Positions 1 to 10,625 of a stretch of 64,000 nt of DNA are shown piece by piece; positions within the stretch are counted from its first letter, which is position 1, and the number at the start of each line of letters is the position of its first letter. The translations under genes and the position numbers were made by a program. Location of the stretch: positions 329,716 to 393,715 of the forward strand of contig CAWKOT010000011.1 in the NCBI GenBank assembly GCA_963851305.1, given 5' to 3'. Under the pieces are notes generated by a model. That model made no database searches and was not told where the DNA came from. It worked only from the letters and a program-made list of their open reading frames with translations. The stretch is from Pirellulaceae bacterium (GTDB lineage: Bacteria; Planctomycetota; Planctomycetia; Pirellulales; Pirellulaceae).

Positions 1-16
1 TCGCTTTCGACGGGCG

Positions 17-1183
17 ATGCGACGTTCCCGAATTCGTACGACGCCGCGATACGAAGTCCAGTTGTTCAAGGACCGGATTGCATCGCAAATGTCCATCCAG
101 GAAGAGATCCTGTATTCGATTGAGGGCCAGCGTTTTGACAATCTTCCGGACGAATCAACGACCAGATCCAATTTGCTGCGATTCAATTACCAGCCCCGAC
201 GTTCGCGTTCAAATCACCTGACGGCCTACGATGCCCGGTCCGGACGACTGTTGTGGACGTTGCCGCCGCTGGATTCGGAGTCCGATCAGGTACCCGATCG
301 GGAGGTGGAGAGTCCCTGGCTACAGTCGGGAGGCTTCATGTCCGCGCCCATCCACTACGCAGGGTTGGCGATCGTACCGGTTAACCAGTCCGGTGCGATT
401 TTCATTTATGCCCTCGATCCGATGCAGGATGGAAAAACGGTCTGGAAGTCCTACCTGTGTGACGAATCGGATTCGGGTGCCAATCCTTACTCGCCAATCA
501 ACCTGTCTATCAATGGCAGCGATCTGTTTGCCAGTTGTGGCCTGGGGGCGGTGTTTATTCTGGATCCCGCCACAGGACTGATTCGTTTTGCCAAGCGTTA
601 CCCCCGGCGGGGCAAGATCAACATGACCACCGGTCGATTTGGCCGTGGCATGCAACAGATCCAGTTTGAATCCTGGTCCTCCGATACCGTGCTGGCCTAT
701 GGCCGGCAGATGATCTGTTTTTCCAGTGATGCCCGTAACATTGAAGCCCACGACAGGAATTCCGGCGAGTTGATCTGGCGAAGTGATGTTTCTCCTTTGG
801 AAGCCAAGGTTGATTACCTGCTGGGTCTGTACGACGGTGTGCTCTACGCGGCTGGTTCGGAAACGATCCTGGCATTCGATTTGCGACAGGAGGGAAGGAT
901 GGTGTGGGGCGGCAAGCGTCTGTTCGGTGGCAAGCTGAGCTATGGTCGAGGCATGTTGACGCCCGACGGGATCTACGTGCCGGTGGATGACAGCATCTGC
1001 AAGTACAGCCTGACGGGTCGCGGTGGCGACGCGGTGCTGTTGGGTAAAGTGAATGTCGATCTGGGAACCGGAGCACCGGTCGGGAACCTGTACAGCGACG
1101 GACAGAAAATCTGGGTGCATGGTGCCAACCGGATTTATGCACTGGCACGCGGGATGCGAAAAATCCGATCGGAATCGAATTGA
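17..1183 (+). CDS. PQQ-like beta-propeller repeat protein (BamB-like); probably partial at its 5' end
   Basis: 388-aa ORF with repeated beta-propeller blade motifs (GxxLWT, DGxLYA, GxIYV) typical of PQQ-repeat proteins. The ORF starts 17 nt from the window edge. Confidence 0.55.
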   Translation: MRRSRIRTTPRYEVQLFKDRIASQMSIQEEILYSIEGQRFDNLPDESTTRSNLLRFNYQPRRSRSNHLTAYDARSGRLLWTLPPLDSESDQVPDREVESPWLQSGGFMSAPIHYAGLAIVPVNQSGAIFIYALDPMQDGKTVWKSYLCDESDSGANPYSPINLSINGSDLFASCGLGAVFILDPATGLIRFAKRYPRRGKINMTTGRFGRGMQQIQFESWSSDTVLAYGRQMICFSSDARNIEAHDRNSGELIWRSDVSPLEAKVDYLLGLYDGVLYAAGSETILAFDLRQEGRMVWGGKRLFGGKLSYGRGMLTPDGIYVPVDDSICKYSLTGRGGDAVLLGKVNVDLGTGAPVGNLYSDGQKIWVHGANRIYALARGMRKIRSESN

Positions 1184-1230
1184 CAGGGACCAGACAAGGC
1201 CGATGCAGCTCGCGGCGGCAGTGAGAGAAT

Positions 1231-3814
1231 CATGAATCCAATGACACTACCTATCGCGACCTGGAACTGGCTGTTGGGTGACGATCCCGCTCGCTCGGGC
1301 ACGCCCCGGATGCAGTGGGCCAATCTGCCGGAATCGTGGGGCGTTTTCGTCCTGTTGGCCGCCCTCGGGCGCGATTGGATTCGCCGTCTTCTGGCTGTAT
1401 CGTCGTGAGCAGGATACCTGCCCCCGGCCGGTCAAGATCCTGCTGGCCTGTCTGCGGCTAAGCGTCCTGCTGCTGCTGGTGGCCATGCTGTTACGTCCTT
1501 CGATGTTTTACCAGCAGGTCAATCTGATCAAGCCCAACGTGGACCTGTTGCGGGACGCGTCACTCTCTTTGCGCGGGGCGATCGTTATCAGAGCCAACAG
1601 GATGCACAGCAGATCGCCGAGGCAACCGGTATCGATGTGCGAAAAATCGCCGACGGTGAAGTCAGTCGGGCGGAGCTGCTGAATCGAGCTCTGGCTGATC
1701 CTGCGTGGCTACCGTCGATCCGGGAGGCGGGCACCATTCGGGTCATCGATTTTGCCGACGGTTCGAAATCCGTAGCCGTGGTACCGGCTCGGATCGAACC
1801 TGACCCGTCCCAGCCGTCGAAGGAATCCACGCTACCGGACGCCGCGACCGACGAGGGGGAGGCGTCGTTGGCGGACGAATCGAAGAACCGTTTGATCCGA
1901 CAGTCGCTGCCCGATCTCGTACCGGCAGGACTGGGTACCGATATCTGGCAGGCGCTCCGCGAATCGCTGGAAGGTGCATCCAACCTGGCGGCGATCCTGC
2001 TGGTCAGCGATGGGCAGCACAATGGCTCGGAAGATCCCGTGGAGATGGCGGTCCGGGCACGGAATCTTGATATTCCAATTTATGTGGTCGGGATCGGAGA
2101 TCCGCATCCGCCTCGCAACGTGGCGGTTACCGAAGTGTTCGCCCGCAGTCGCAGCTATCCGGGCGAACCGTTCGAAGTCGAAGCGCTGGTGCAAATCAAC
2201 TCATTCGCCGATCTGGAACTGCCAGGCCAGCTGTCGGTTGATCTGATACAACAGCGAGTAAATCCGCGGACGGGCAAGCTGGAAGAACCTCAGACCGTGG
2301 CCAATCGGAAGCTCGATGTGCCACCAACGGGTGGTCGTATCCGCATTGATTTTGGGCACACGCTGCAGCAACCCGGTCGGTACATTTACACGGTCCGGGC
2401 GGAAACGCTTGACAACGAAATCAACATCGAAGACAACCAGCGCCGATCGGCAGAAGTGGAAGTAGTCGACGAAAAAATTCGGGTGTTGTTGATTGCCGGG
2501 CTTCCATCCTGGGACTACCAGCAGGTCCAACGCCTGTTGCAGCGGGATCCAGCGATTGCTTTGAGTTGCTGGCTGCAGTCGATGGATCAGTCGCGGCCAC
2601 AGGAGGGCGATCTGCCAATCAGCCGGCTGCCCAGAACGATCGAGGAGCTGGGAAAGTACAACGTGATCCTGATGATGGATCCCGACCCCCGGGAATTCGA
2701 CACCGCCTGGATTGAGACGCTGCGGGTGTTCTGCAAGAACAAGGCGGGCGGGTTGATGTACATGGCCGGTCCGCAATTCACCAGCGAATTCGTCACGCTC
2801 AATCGCCTCCGCGGCATTCGGGATATCCTGCCAGTCCGTATCGGCGATGCCCGTTATATCGATTCGTCAGACGCGTTGGCCTTTGCGGCCCCCAATACTC
2901 TGGCCGACATGTTGGTGGTTCGCCCCAATCTGGATCACCCGGTGCTGAGCTTCGATAGCGATGCGGATATGAATGAGCAGCTATGGTCCACGATGCCCGG
3001 TATCTACTGGAGTTTTCCGGCACTGGCGGCCAAACCGACGGCCCGGGTCCTGTTGGAACGCGGAGACCAGTTGGGTGCCGAAGGTAACATCCCGTTGTTG
3101 GTTTCCGGACGATACGGAGCGGGCACGGTCTTGTACCTTGGGTTCCCGGGGACATGGCGATGGCGACCGGTGGGCTTGCAGGCCCAGTTCTTCGACCGTT
3201 TCTGGATCCAGGTCGTCCGCTATCTGGTGGAAAACCGGTCGCTGCAGGGGTCTCGACGGGGTTTTGTCGATACCGACAGAACGGAATATGAACTTGGTGA
3301 TCGGATTACCCTGGTCGGTCGAGTTCTGGACGAACAGTTTCTGCCGACGTCTGAAGAAACCGTCACCGCCAGCATCAGCAGCCAGGATGGCCGGATTCAG
3401 AACGTCGAACTGCAGCGGTTGCCCGGGGATACCGGCCAGTTTGAAGGAAGCACGACGGCAACGCGAACCGGCACTTTTGAGGCGACGATCGCGCTGCAGG
3501 GGAACAACGACCAGCGATTGATCGAACCCATCAGTTATCGGGTTGTCCCACCACGCGTTGAATCCGGGTCGTTCTGGTTGAACGAAAAATTGCTACAGGA
3601 CATTGCACAGCAGTCTGGCGGTGCTTACTTTCGGCTGGACGAAGTGGGCTCGTTGCCGAAGGCGCTACCCAGGCGGGTTCAACGCGTGTCCTTCAAAAGC
3701 CCACCCCGACCGTTGTGGGACTGGAACACCCTTTTTCGATACGCGGCCTTCCTGTTGCCTGTGATTCTGTTGACTACCGAGTGGGCGGTACGAAAGTGGT
3801 ATAAACTGCTGTGA
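1231..3814 (+). pseudogene. BatA-like double-TM VWA-domain membrane protein; reading frame interrupted twice
   Basis: Three successive frames carry one protein. Frame 1 gives the N-terminal TM (MNPMTLPIATWNWLL...VFVLLAALG), frame 2 the second TM (AIGFAVFWLYRRE...LLLLVAMLLRP..VDLLRDAS), and frame 3 the VWA domain (ILLVSDGQHNGSED...IYVVGIGD) and a C-terminal TM. Shifts at about 1370 and 1575. Confidence 0.6.
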
Positions 3815-3829
3815 GGCTGATCCAGATTC

Positions 3830-6067
3830 ATGAACCATAAAAATCGCCAGCATCTTAAACTGCCTGCCGAGATCGCCGCGCAATTGCGCGAACTGCGTCG
3901 ACGCCTGAAACGCTGGGTGTTGATCCGCGGCCTGAGCCGGTGGCTTCTACTGGTGCTGGCCATTATCGGGTTCGACATCCTGCTGGATCGGTTCTTCAAG
4001 ATGGATTTCGCGCAGCGGGCGATCATGTTGACCGTCATGCTGCTGCTGTTTGCAGGACTGTTCCTGTGGCGCGTGGTACGACCCTTGATGTCGCGCATTT
4101 CCGATAACGGGCTGCTGCTGGAAATCGAAAACAGGCATCCCGAACTGAAAGAGAATCTGATTAGCGGAGCGCAGCTTGCCCAGCAATCGGATTTGGAATC
4201 CAAAGGCGTGTCCCTGGAATTGGCGAACGCGACCATTGAACGCAGCCTGGAACTGGCGCGGCGGTTGGACGTCAGCGATACCATCAATCAGGTGGAAAAC
4301 CGGAAAAATGCAGCGCTGCTGGGAACGGGTCTGTTGCTGGCCCTGGCGCTTGCGGCCGCGGTCGGACAGTCCAGCTTTTTTCGCACCTGGTTCAATCGCA
4401 ATATTCGGTTGACCTCAGATCAATGGCCCCAGGCAACCTACTTGCAGATTGTGGGCGCCCGGGATGGCGAATTGGTGCTGCCGCGGGGTGTGGACCATCG
4501 GTTGATCGTTGAAGTGACTGAAGATAGTCGAATCAGGGACGTCGACGTGTTTCTGGAAATCGATGGTGCCGCCGGGCAAACGGTGCATCAGATGAAACCC
4601 ACGGGCAAGCGGAATGGGCGTGAACATCTGTTTGTGATGCACAACGTGACCTCCGAAGCTCGATTGCGGGCCCGCGGCGGAGACGATATCACGTCGCAGG
4701 TTGCCATCCGGCTTGTGGAACCGCCGGCCATTATGGATTTGCAGCTGTCGGCGGTGTTGCCCTCGTATACCCGGATGCCGGACCGGCGGCTGGAAGGCCC
4801 GGGGCCGCACAGCTTGCTGGCCGGTAGCCGTGTCGATGGGATCGCCCGCGTCAACAAGAAGCTGCAGAAGTTTCAATTGACCAGTGAGGGCCAGGTCGTC
4901 AATTTGCAGCCAGCCGACCAGGAAGACGTTTACCAGTTTCAAATTCCAGGAACTGACCAGCGACTGGCCGGCGGTCGGTACGAATTCAGTCTGGTGGACG
5001 AAGCGGGGCTGGCCTCCACGCGCCCAAGTCGCTTTACGATCAATATCAAGGAAGACCAGCCGCCGCGTGTGCGGGCGACGTTGCTCGGCATCAGTGGACT
5101 GGCGGTCCCCCGCGCTCGCATCCCGCTGTCCTTTAATGCCCGGGACGAATATGGGCTGGCTACGGTCGGCTTTCAGGCCAACTGGAAAAATGCGGATCAG
5201 GAAGACAGCGATTCTGGTAAAGAACGTGCTTTGCCGATCAGGAAATTTCCCTCGGGGCAGGAACCGGTGTTACAGCATCAGGATGTGGCCGTGCTGGATC
5301 TTGAACCGCTGTTGCTGACGCCGGGTACCAGTTTCCGGCTGTTGATTCGCGCCACCGACACTCGTCCCGGTCAACCCAACGCGGGGGATTCCCCGGAATT
5401 TCTGCTCCGGATTGTGTCGGAAGAGGAACTTCGGGCAGACCTGTTGCGTCGAGAAATAGAGCAACGGAAGGCCTTTCAACGGGCTTACGATGCACAACTG
5501 GAAGCGATGGCTGAGTTGCAGGCGATTACGGCGACAGGAGCTTCGCCATTGGATCGGAACGACGCCGGCACCGACCGGCCGTCGCGGATGATTGGGCTGG
5601 TGCGAGACCAGAAACTGGTGGGAACCAGTCTGGCGGCCATCGCTGATCAATTTGAAGAGTTTCTCGTGGAGGTGCAAAACAATCGACTCGACGAAGAAAC
5701 ACAGAAGATCGCCGGCGCACAGACGATTACCGATCGCTTCGACAATCAGATTGTTCAACCGATTCGAGCTTTGGATGCGGAATTGATCGCGGTGGCGACC
5801 CGTGGACTGGATAATTGCCGCCGATTGCTAAACGACCAGACCGGACTGGCCGCGGCGGTCGAATCGACAACGTCGATTCAGCAACAGATTCTGGACGAAA
5901 TGCAGCGGATCATGGCGGCCATGGTTGACTCCGAAAATTACCAGGAAGTGGTCAACAAGCTGCTGGAGATCAAGCGGGGCGAAGACCGGATCAAGTCGGA
6001 AATCAACAGCCGGAAAGAGAAACGGAATGAAACGATCATCGAAGAAGATATTTTTGACGACGATTGA
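3830..6067 (+). CDS. membrane-anchored hypothetical protein (large extracytoplasmic domain, C-terminal coiled coil)
   Basis: 745-aa ORF. N-terminal TM helices (WLLLVLAIIGFDILL, IMLTVMLLLFAGLFLW) precede a long soluble region. It follows the VWA gene in the same orientation with a 16-nt gap. Confidence 0.5.
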   Translation: MNHKNRQHLKLPAEIAAQLRELRRRLKRWVLIRGLSRWLLLVLAIIGFDILLDRFFKMDFAQRAIMLTVMLLLFAGLFLWRVVRPLMSRISDNGLLLEIENRHPELKENLISGAQLAQQSDLESKGVSLELANATIERSLELARRLDVSDTINQVENRKNAALLGTGLLLALALAAAVGQSSFFRTWFNRNIRLTSDQWPQATYLQIVGARDGELVLPRGVDHRLIVEVTEDSRIRDVDVFLEIDGAAGQTVHQMKPTGKRNGREHLFVMHNVTSEARLRARGGDDITSQVAIRLVEPPAIMDLQLSAVLPSYTRMPDRRLEGPGPHSLLAGSRVDGIARVNKKLQKFQLTSEGQVVNLQPADQEDVYQFQIPGTDQRLAGGRYEFSLVDEAGLASTRPSRFTINIKEDQPPRVRATLLGISGLAVPRARIPLSFNARDEYGLATVGFQANWKNADQEDSDSGKERALPIRKFPSGQEPVLQHQDVAVLDLEPLLLTPGTSFRLLIRATDTRPGQPNAGDSPEFLLRIVSEEELRADLLRREIEQRKAFQRAYDAQLEAMAELQAITATGASPLDRNDAGTDRPSRMIGLVRDQKLVGTSLAAIADQFEEFLVEVQNNRLDEETQKIAGAQTITDRFDNQIVQPIRALDAELIAVATRGLDNCRRLLNDQTGLAAAVESTTSIQQQILDEMQRIMAAMVDSENYQEVVNKLLEIKRGEDRIKSEINSRKEKRNETIIEEDIFDDD

Positions 6068-6082
6068 AGTTCGACCTGGTTT

Positions 6083-8233
6083 ATGAAACTGCGAATGGAT
6101 CGGAAGAAACCCATGTTGGATCATCTCATGACAGCCCGGAACGCAACGTTTGTCGTGATCCTCTGGCTGGGTTACGGCTTGAATCTGTACGGGCAGCCGG
6201 ATGACGCGTTGCAGAAATCGGAACTGGGTGCACGGCAACGCCTGGTCGAACGAAAAATGGTCGAACTGGAAAACCGGTTTACGGCCATCGCGGAAAAGTT
6301 GAAGGACAAGGAACCGGAGCGTCATCAACGCTTGGTGGCAGCATACCAGCAGGCAAAAGAGGATCTGATCACCCGCAAGATGGCGGAGATTGGCCAGTTG
6401 CTGGACGCTGGACAACTGGAGCCGGCGGAAGAAAAACTGGGACAGGTTATTCAGGCATTGGACGACCTGGTCCGCTTGTTGCTGAACAATCAGTCGCAAA
6501 AACCCGATCGGCAGGAACAGATTGCGCAACTTGAGGCCTGGAAGAAAACCATTCAGCAGTTGCGGCAAGAGCAGGTTCAGCAACGTACCGAGACCCGCAA
6601 GGTATCCAATAAAGACGCTGAGATTGCGAAGCTGGACGAACAGCTGAAGAAACTGGATGGTCTCATTGACCGTCAACGAGGATTGATCGAACAGTCGCGA
6701 CAGGCCGGCAACGCGGGTTTGCGAGCCCTCGACAAGGTGGCTGATCGCCAATTTGAATTGAGACAGGACACCCGGAATCTGGCTCGGGATGTGGCGGGTG
6801 AAAAGCCGGCTGCGGGAGACGGTCGACCGTCCTCGCCGACAAATGCCGAGTCGTCGGATGCGGCGGCACCGGATCGCCGCGGCGAAAACCAGGCGCAACC
6901 CGCCGGCCAGGGACAGGAATCGGATGCTGACTCAAGCGGCGAGCCATCAGACGAAGCCGCGGAACAACCTTCGGACAAGCCGCCAGGCGACGCATCCGAT
7001 GATTTACCCCAGCAGTCGCAATCCGGCAAGGATCCCAGGTCGGGTGGAAAATCGGGCGGCGACGGGTCGCCTGCCGGCCAGGCCGGTCGATCGGACAATG
7101 GGAACCAGCCGCCCCAGCCGGGACAAGCGCCGCTGGAGAAGGCGGCCGAGTCCCAGGCACGAGCGGAAGAGGATCTGGGCAGTGGGCGACCAGCCGACGC
7201 GGAGCGTCAGCAGCAACAGGCCCTGCAACAGATGGAACAGGCTCGATCGGAGCTGAAGAAAGAGCGACGACGACTGGCTTCCCTGCCGCCTGAGGCGGTC
7301 AAATCCATGGCTCGCAAACAGCGCCGTACGCGTGACAAGGCGCTCGAACTGGTGGAACAGATGGCCGAGGCACCGACTCAGGAAACCGGGCAGGATGAAC
7401 AGCAGGTCAGCCAGCCCAATGCGCCCAGCCAACCTGGGCAACAACCGATGAAACAGGCCTCCGAATCGATGCAGGGGGCCGCCGACGATCTGGAACAGCA
7501 GGACACCAGGCGGGCAGAAAGAAAACAGCAGCAGGCGCAAGAGAAACTCGATGAAGCGTTGGAAGAACTGGAAGAGAGACTGAATCAGCTGCGGGAAGAA
7601 ACCCGCGAAGAGAAACTGCGGCGCCTGGAAGGTCGCTTTCGCGAAATGCTGGATCGACAACGTTCGGTCAGCATGACCACGATTGAAGTCGACGACAGAA
7701 AAGTCAACCTCGGCCAGTTGCAACGACGGGATCAACTGGTGGTCTTACGGATGGCAACGGAAGAACTTGAAATCGGTGAACTGGGCCAGCAGGCTTATGA
7801 TCTGTTGCTGGAAGACGGTACCAGCGAAGTCTTCCCGGAAATGGTTCAGGATTTGAGGAGCGATCTGATCCGAGCCGGTGATCTATTGCAGCAGGAGCGA
7901 ACGGATCAGTTGACGCAATTGTTACATCAGGAAATTGAGTATGCGTTGCTGGATCTGCTGGGTGCGCTGGCGGAATCCAAGGACGAAGGCGATCAACAAG
8001 GGGGCGGTGGAGGCGGTGGCGGTGGCGACCAACCGTTGCTCAAGCCATCAGCGGAACTTAAAATGTTAAGGGCGGCTCAACAGCGTTTGAATCGCAAGAC
8101 CACTCAGCTGGATAGCATCCGAAATGCACGCGCAGGTCAGGACGATTCGCTGCGTCGGGAAATCGAAGGCCTGTCCGCTCAGCAGTCGAAGCTTCAGGAA
8201 ATGGCGGAGCAGATCATGGAAAAGGAAAACTGA
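6083..8233 (+). CDS. hypothetical coiled-coil protein with acidic, Q/E-rich low-complexity region and a poly-Gly tract
   Basis: 716-aa ORF with an N-terminal hydrophobic segment, long heptad-like E/Q/R-rich stretches and a GGGGGGGGG tract near the C-terminus. Several long antisense ORFs inside it are artefacts of GC-rich low complexity. Confidence 0.5.
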   Translation: MKLRMDRKKPMLDHLMTARNATFVVILWLGYGLNLYGQPDDALQKSELGARQRLVERKMVELENRFTAIAEKLKDKEPERHQRLVAAYQQAKEDLITRKMAEIGQLLDAGQLEPAEEKLGQVIQALDDLVRLLLNNQSQKPDRQEQIAQLEAWKKTIQQLRQEQVQQRTETRKVSNKDAEIAKLDEQLKKLDGLIDRQRGLIEQSRQAGNAGLRALDKVADRQFELRQDTRNLARDVAGEKPAAGDGRPSSPTNAESSDAAAPDRRGENQAQPAGQGQESDADSSGEPSDEAAEQPSDKPPGDASDDLPQQSQSGKDPRSGGKSGGDGSPAGQAGRSDNGNQPPQPGQAPLEKAAESQARAEEDLGSGRPADAERQQQQALQQMEQARSELKKERRRLASLPPEAVKSMARKQRRTRDKALELVEQMAEAPTQETGQDEQQVSQPNAPSQPGQQPMKQASESMQGAADDLEQQDTRRAERKQQQAQEKLDEALEELEERLNQLREETREEKLRRLEGRFREMLDRQRSVSMTTIEVDDRKVNLGQLQRRDQLVVLRMATEELEIGELGQQAYDLLLEDGTSEVFPEMVQDLRSDLIRAGDLLQQERTDQLTQLLHQEIEYALLDLLGALAESKDEGDQQGGGGGGGGGDQPLLKPSAELKMLRAAQQRLNRKTTQLDSIRNARAGQDDSLRREIEGLSAQQSKLQEMAEQIMEKEN

Positions 8234-8289
8234 TCCATGCTGATCCGTCGGCGCAAGGACGCATTCATTGACGCATTGAAAGTACCAAC

Positions 8290-9348
8290 ATGTTTTTCAA
8301 AGCAGGGAACCGATTGATTGCCTTGCAGGTGGCCATCCTGGCGTCGTGCTTAGGTATCGGTTTTGCCGCGGCGGACGGGACTACCGACGAAGCGCTGGTC
8401 GATGCGTTTCTGGCTCATGTGGCTGACCTGGAAACGGTGGATGCTGACAAGTTGGAACAGGTTAACCGCATCGTGGCGGAATGGAGGTCGGACTCTCCGG
8501 CCGACGCCCTGACGGAATCAATGATCGCGATTTACGATGGTTACGCTGCCGCGATTGAAGCGTCCGATGGCACCGAATCGAGCGATGCCGCCAGCCTGCT
8601 GGCACCGTTTGCCGATTCGCCGGACAGCTATCTGGCGGCCGATGCGACCTTTTACCTGGCTCGCACCCTGATGAATCATGAAAAATTTGAAGACGCCCTG
8701 CCCTTGCTGGAAAAGGTCCTCGGACCCTTGTCCGATTACACGGTACACGTGGGACCGGCCCGTTTTTATCAGGGAGTGGCGTGGGCGGGACTACTGCAAT
8801 ATGACAAGGCGGTGGCCTCGTTGAAGGATTTCCTGCAGTCTTACCCCGATGCGCCGGAGCGGTTGCGTGTGGCGGCCTGGCGGCAAGTGCAGCAGCTACA
8901 GTCCATCCAGGAAGGGCAGATGGAAGACATCTACCAGCGAATGGACTATTCACGCCGTCGGTTGGCCCAGGTTAAATCCGGTGAACAGACGCAGGAACAA
9001 CAGGACCGGATTGTCCGCATGCTGAATCGCCTGATCAAGGAACAGGAAAAGAAAGAGGCAAGCAGTAAAAGCCAGAATCAGAAACAGCAGAATAAGCAGC
9101 AACAGCAGCAGCAACAGGCTAATCAGAAACGTCAGCCCAGCAAGAGCCAGACCGGCGGCCAGAGCAGTAATCCCAACGGAGAGGTCGTGAAGAAGTCCTA
9201 TAACGACGGACCGGCCAGTCCCTGGAGTCGTCTGCGAGATCGCAGCCGCGATCCGGCGAATAATGCCATCAAAGATAAATTGCCTGCTCGGTATCGCGAT
9301 ATCGTCGAACGTTACTACGAAGCGGCTAATGGGAATTCCGGGAAATAG
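8290..9348 (+). CDS. secreted TPR-like protein with a Q/N/K-rich tail
   Basis: 352-aa ORF with a signal-peptide-like N-terminus (LIALQVAILASCLGIGFAAA), TPR-like helical repeats and a QQNKQQQQQQQ tract. Confidence 0.45.
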   Translation: MFFKAGNRLIALQVAILASCLGIGFAAADGTTDEALVDAFLAHVADLETVDADKLEQVNRIVAEWRSDSPADALTESMIAIYDGYAAAIEASDGTESSDAASLLAPFADSPDSYLAADATFYLARTLMNHEKFEDALPLLEKVLGPLSDYTVHVGPARFYQGVAWAGLLQYDKAVASLKDFLQSYPDAPERLRVAAWRQVQQLQSIQEGQMEDIYQRMDYSRRRLAQVKSGEQTQEQQDRIVRMLNRLIKEQEKKEASSKSQNQKQQNKQQQQQQQANQKRQPSKSQTGGQSSNPNGEVVKKSYNDGPASPWSRLRDRSRDPANNAIKDKLPARYRDIVERYYEAANGNSGK

Positions 9349-9424
9349 TCGATTGCATTTACGCTCGGGTGGCATCACGACGGTGGTTTCGAGGTGGTCG
9401 GTAAACTACCTGCAAGTCATCCTG

Positions 9425-10606
9425 ATGGCATGGGCCGTCGGTATCGGCTGGTCCGCCAGCTTGCCCGCGGCAACGGATAATCTGGAAGACGTTCGTTTGC
9501 GACTGGTCAACGGATCCTCGATACGGGCCACGATCAATGCGATTGAGGAAGACGGTGCCGTCCTCGGCAGTCGGATCCTGCAGAACGTGACGCTGGAAGA
9601 AATTACCAATATCTCGACGGGAAGGTCGGCGAGGGAATTGGAATCGAAGCCGGTGGTGCGACTGGCTGCGGGCAGCCTGATTCCTTTCTCGCAGATCGCG
9701 GTGACCGGCGATTCGGCTCGGATGACCAGCGGTGATCAACAGCTGGATATCCCCCTGGAGTTGATTCGTGGGATCGTCTGGAAGCGTGGAGCGAACGTGG
9801 AAGCGGCCATGGTGGACCCGCCCAGCGACCAGGATTCCGTGATAGTGCAAACTCCCCAAGGGGATCGCACGGTAAATGGATTACTGGAATCGATCGACGC
9901 GACCCACGTCAGCATGGTTTATCAGGGAAAATCCAGAAGAATCCGGCTCGACAAGGTAAAAGCGGTCGTGCCCGCTGCATTGAAGCTTTCTCCCCCCGTG
10001 GGAACGTTGGCCACGATCCGGCTGGTCGACGGGGCAACGTTGGTGGGAGCCATTGAATCCTATCGCGAAAACGTGTTGACGCTGGCCCTGTCTGGACAGC
10101 AACCTTTCACGGTGATGGCGGCGAAAGTGTCCAGTATTTCCATCCAAACCGATCGAATTGCCTGGCTATCGGATCTGAATCCAGTTCGATCGGAGCAGCA
10201 GTCACAATTCGTGGCAGCCAGAAACTGGCAGCGGGATCGCAGTCTGCTCGGCAATCCGATCCGATTGAAATTCAACGCCAGCACGCGGATTCACGAATTC
10301 GAAAAAGGGATCGGCACGCGATCCTACACATCGCTTGTCTATGAAAACACCAAGGACTTCAGCCAGTTTCGGGCGGTCGTCGGAATTGATGTCGAAACGA
10401 ATGGTCATGGCGATTGTGAAATGGTGGTGGAAGGTGATGGAATTCGGTTGTGGTCGCAGCGCGTCCGGGCTACCGACGATCCGCTGCCGATCGTGGTCGA
10501 TATCGCCGGTATCCGGGAAATCGCCCTGATCGTTTTGCCGGGCGAGGATTTTGACCTTGCGGATCACGCCGACTGGGCGGATGCCCGGTTTACTCGAATT
10601 GACTGA
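9425..10606 (+). CDS. secreted protein with a C-terminal NPCBM-like (carbohydrate-binding-module-like) domain
   Basis: C-terminus GIGTRSYTSLVYENTKDFSQFRAVVGIDVE...DCEMVVEGDG..LW...PIVVDIAGIREIALIVLPGEDFDLADHADWADARF matches the NPCBM/NEW2 consensus. Start set at the internal Met preceding a signal peptide (MAWAVGIGWSASLPAA). Confidence 0.5.
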   Translation: MAWAVGIGWSASLPAATDNLEDVRLRLVNGSSIRATINAIEEDGAVLGSRILQNVTLEEITNISTGRSARELESKPVVRLAAGSLIPFSQIAVTGDSARMTSGDQQLDIPLELIRGIVWKRGANVEAAMVDPPSDQDSVIVQTPQGDRTVNGLLESIDATHVSMVYQGKSRRIRLDKVKAVVPAALKLSPPVGTLATIRLVDGATLVGAIESYRENVLTLALSGQQPFTVMAAKVSSISIQTDRIAWLSDLNPVRSEQQSQFVAARNWQRDRSLLGNPIRLKFNASTRIHEFEKGIGTRSYTSLVYENTKDFSQFRAVVGIDVETNGHGDCEMVVEGDGIRLWSQRVRATDDPLPIVVDIAGIREIALIVLPGEDFDLADHADWADARFTRID

Positions 10607-10625
10607 ACACAGGACGACCAACCCA

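Noticed and set aside
6663-7735. Long antisense ORFs inside 6083..8233 (6663..7160 -, 6673..7098 -, 6789..7256 +, 7004..7735 -) and similar antisense ORFs within 27218..29020
   Set aside because: They overlap a well-supported sense gene in a low-complexity, GC-rich region and have extreme Arg/Pro compositions. They are typical shadow ORFs.
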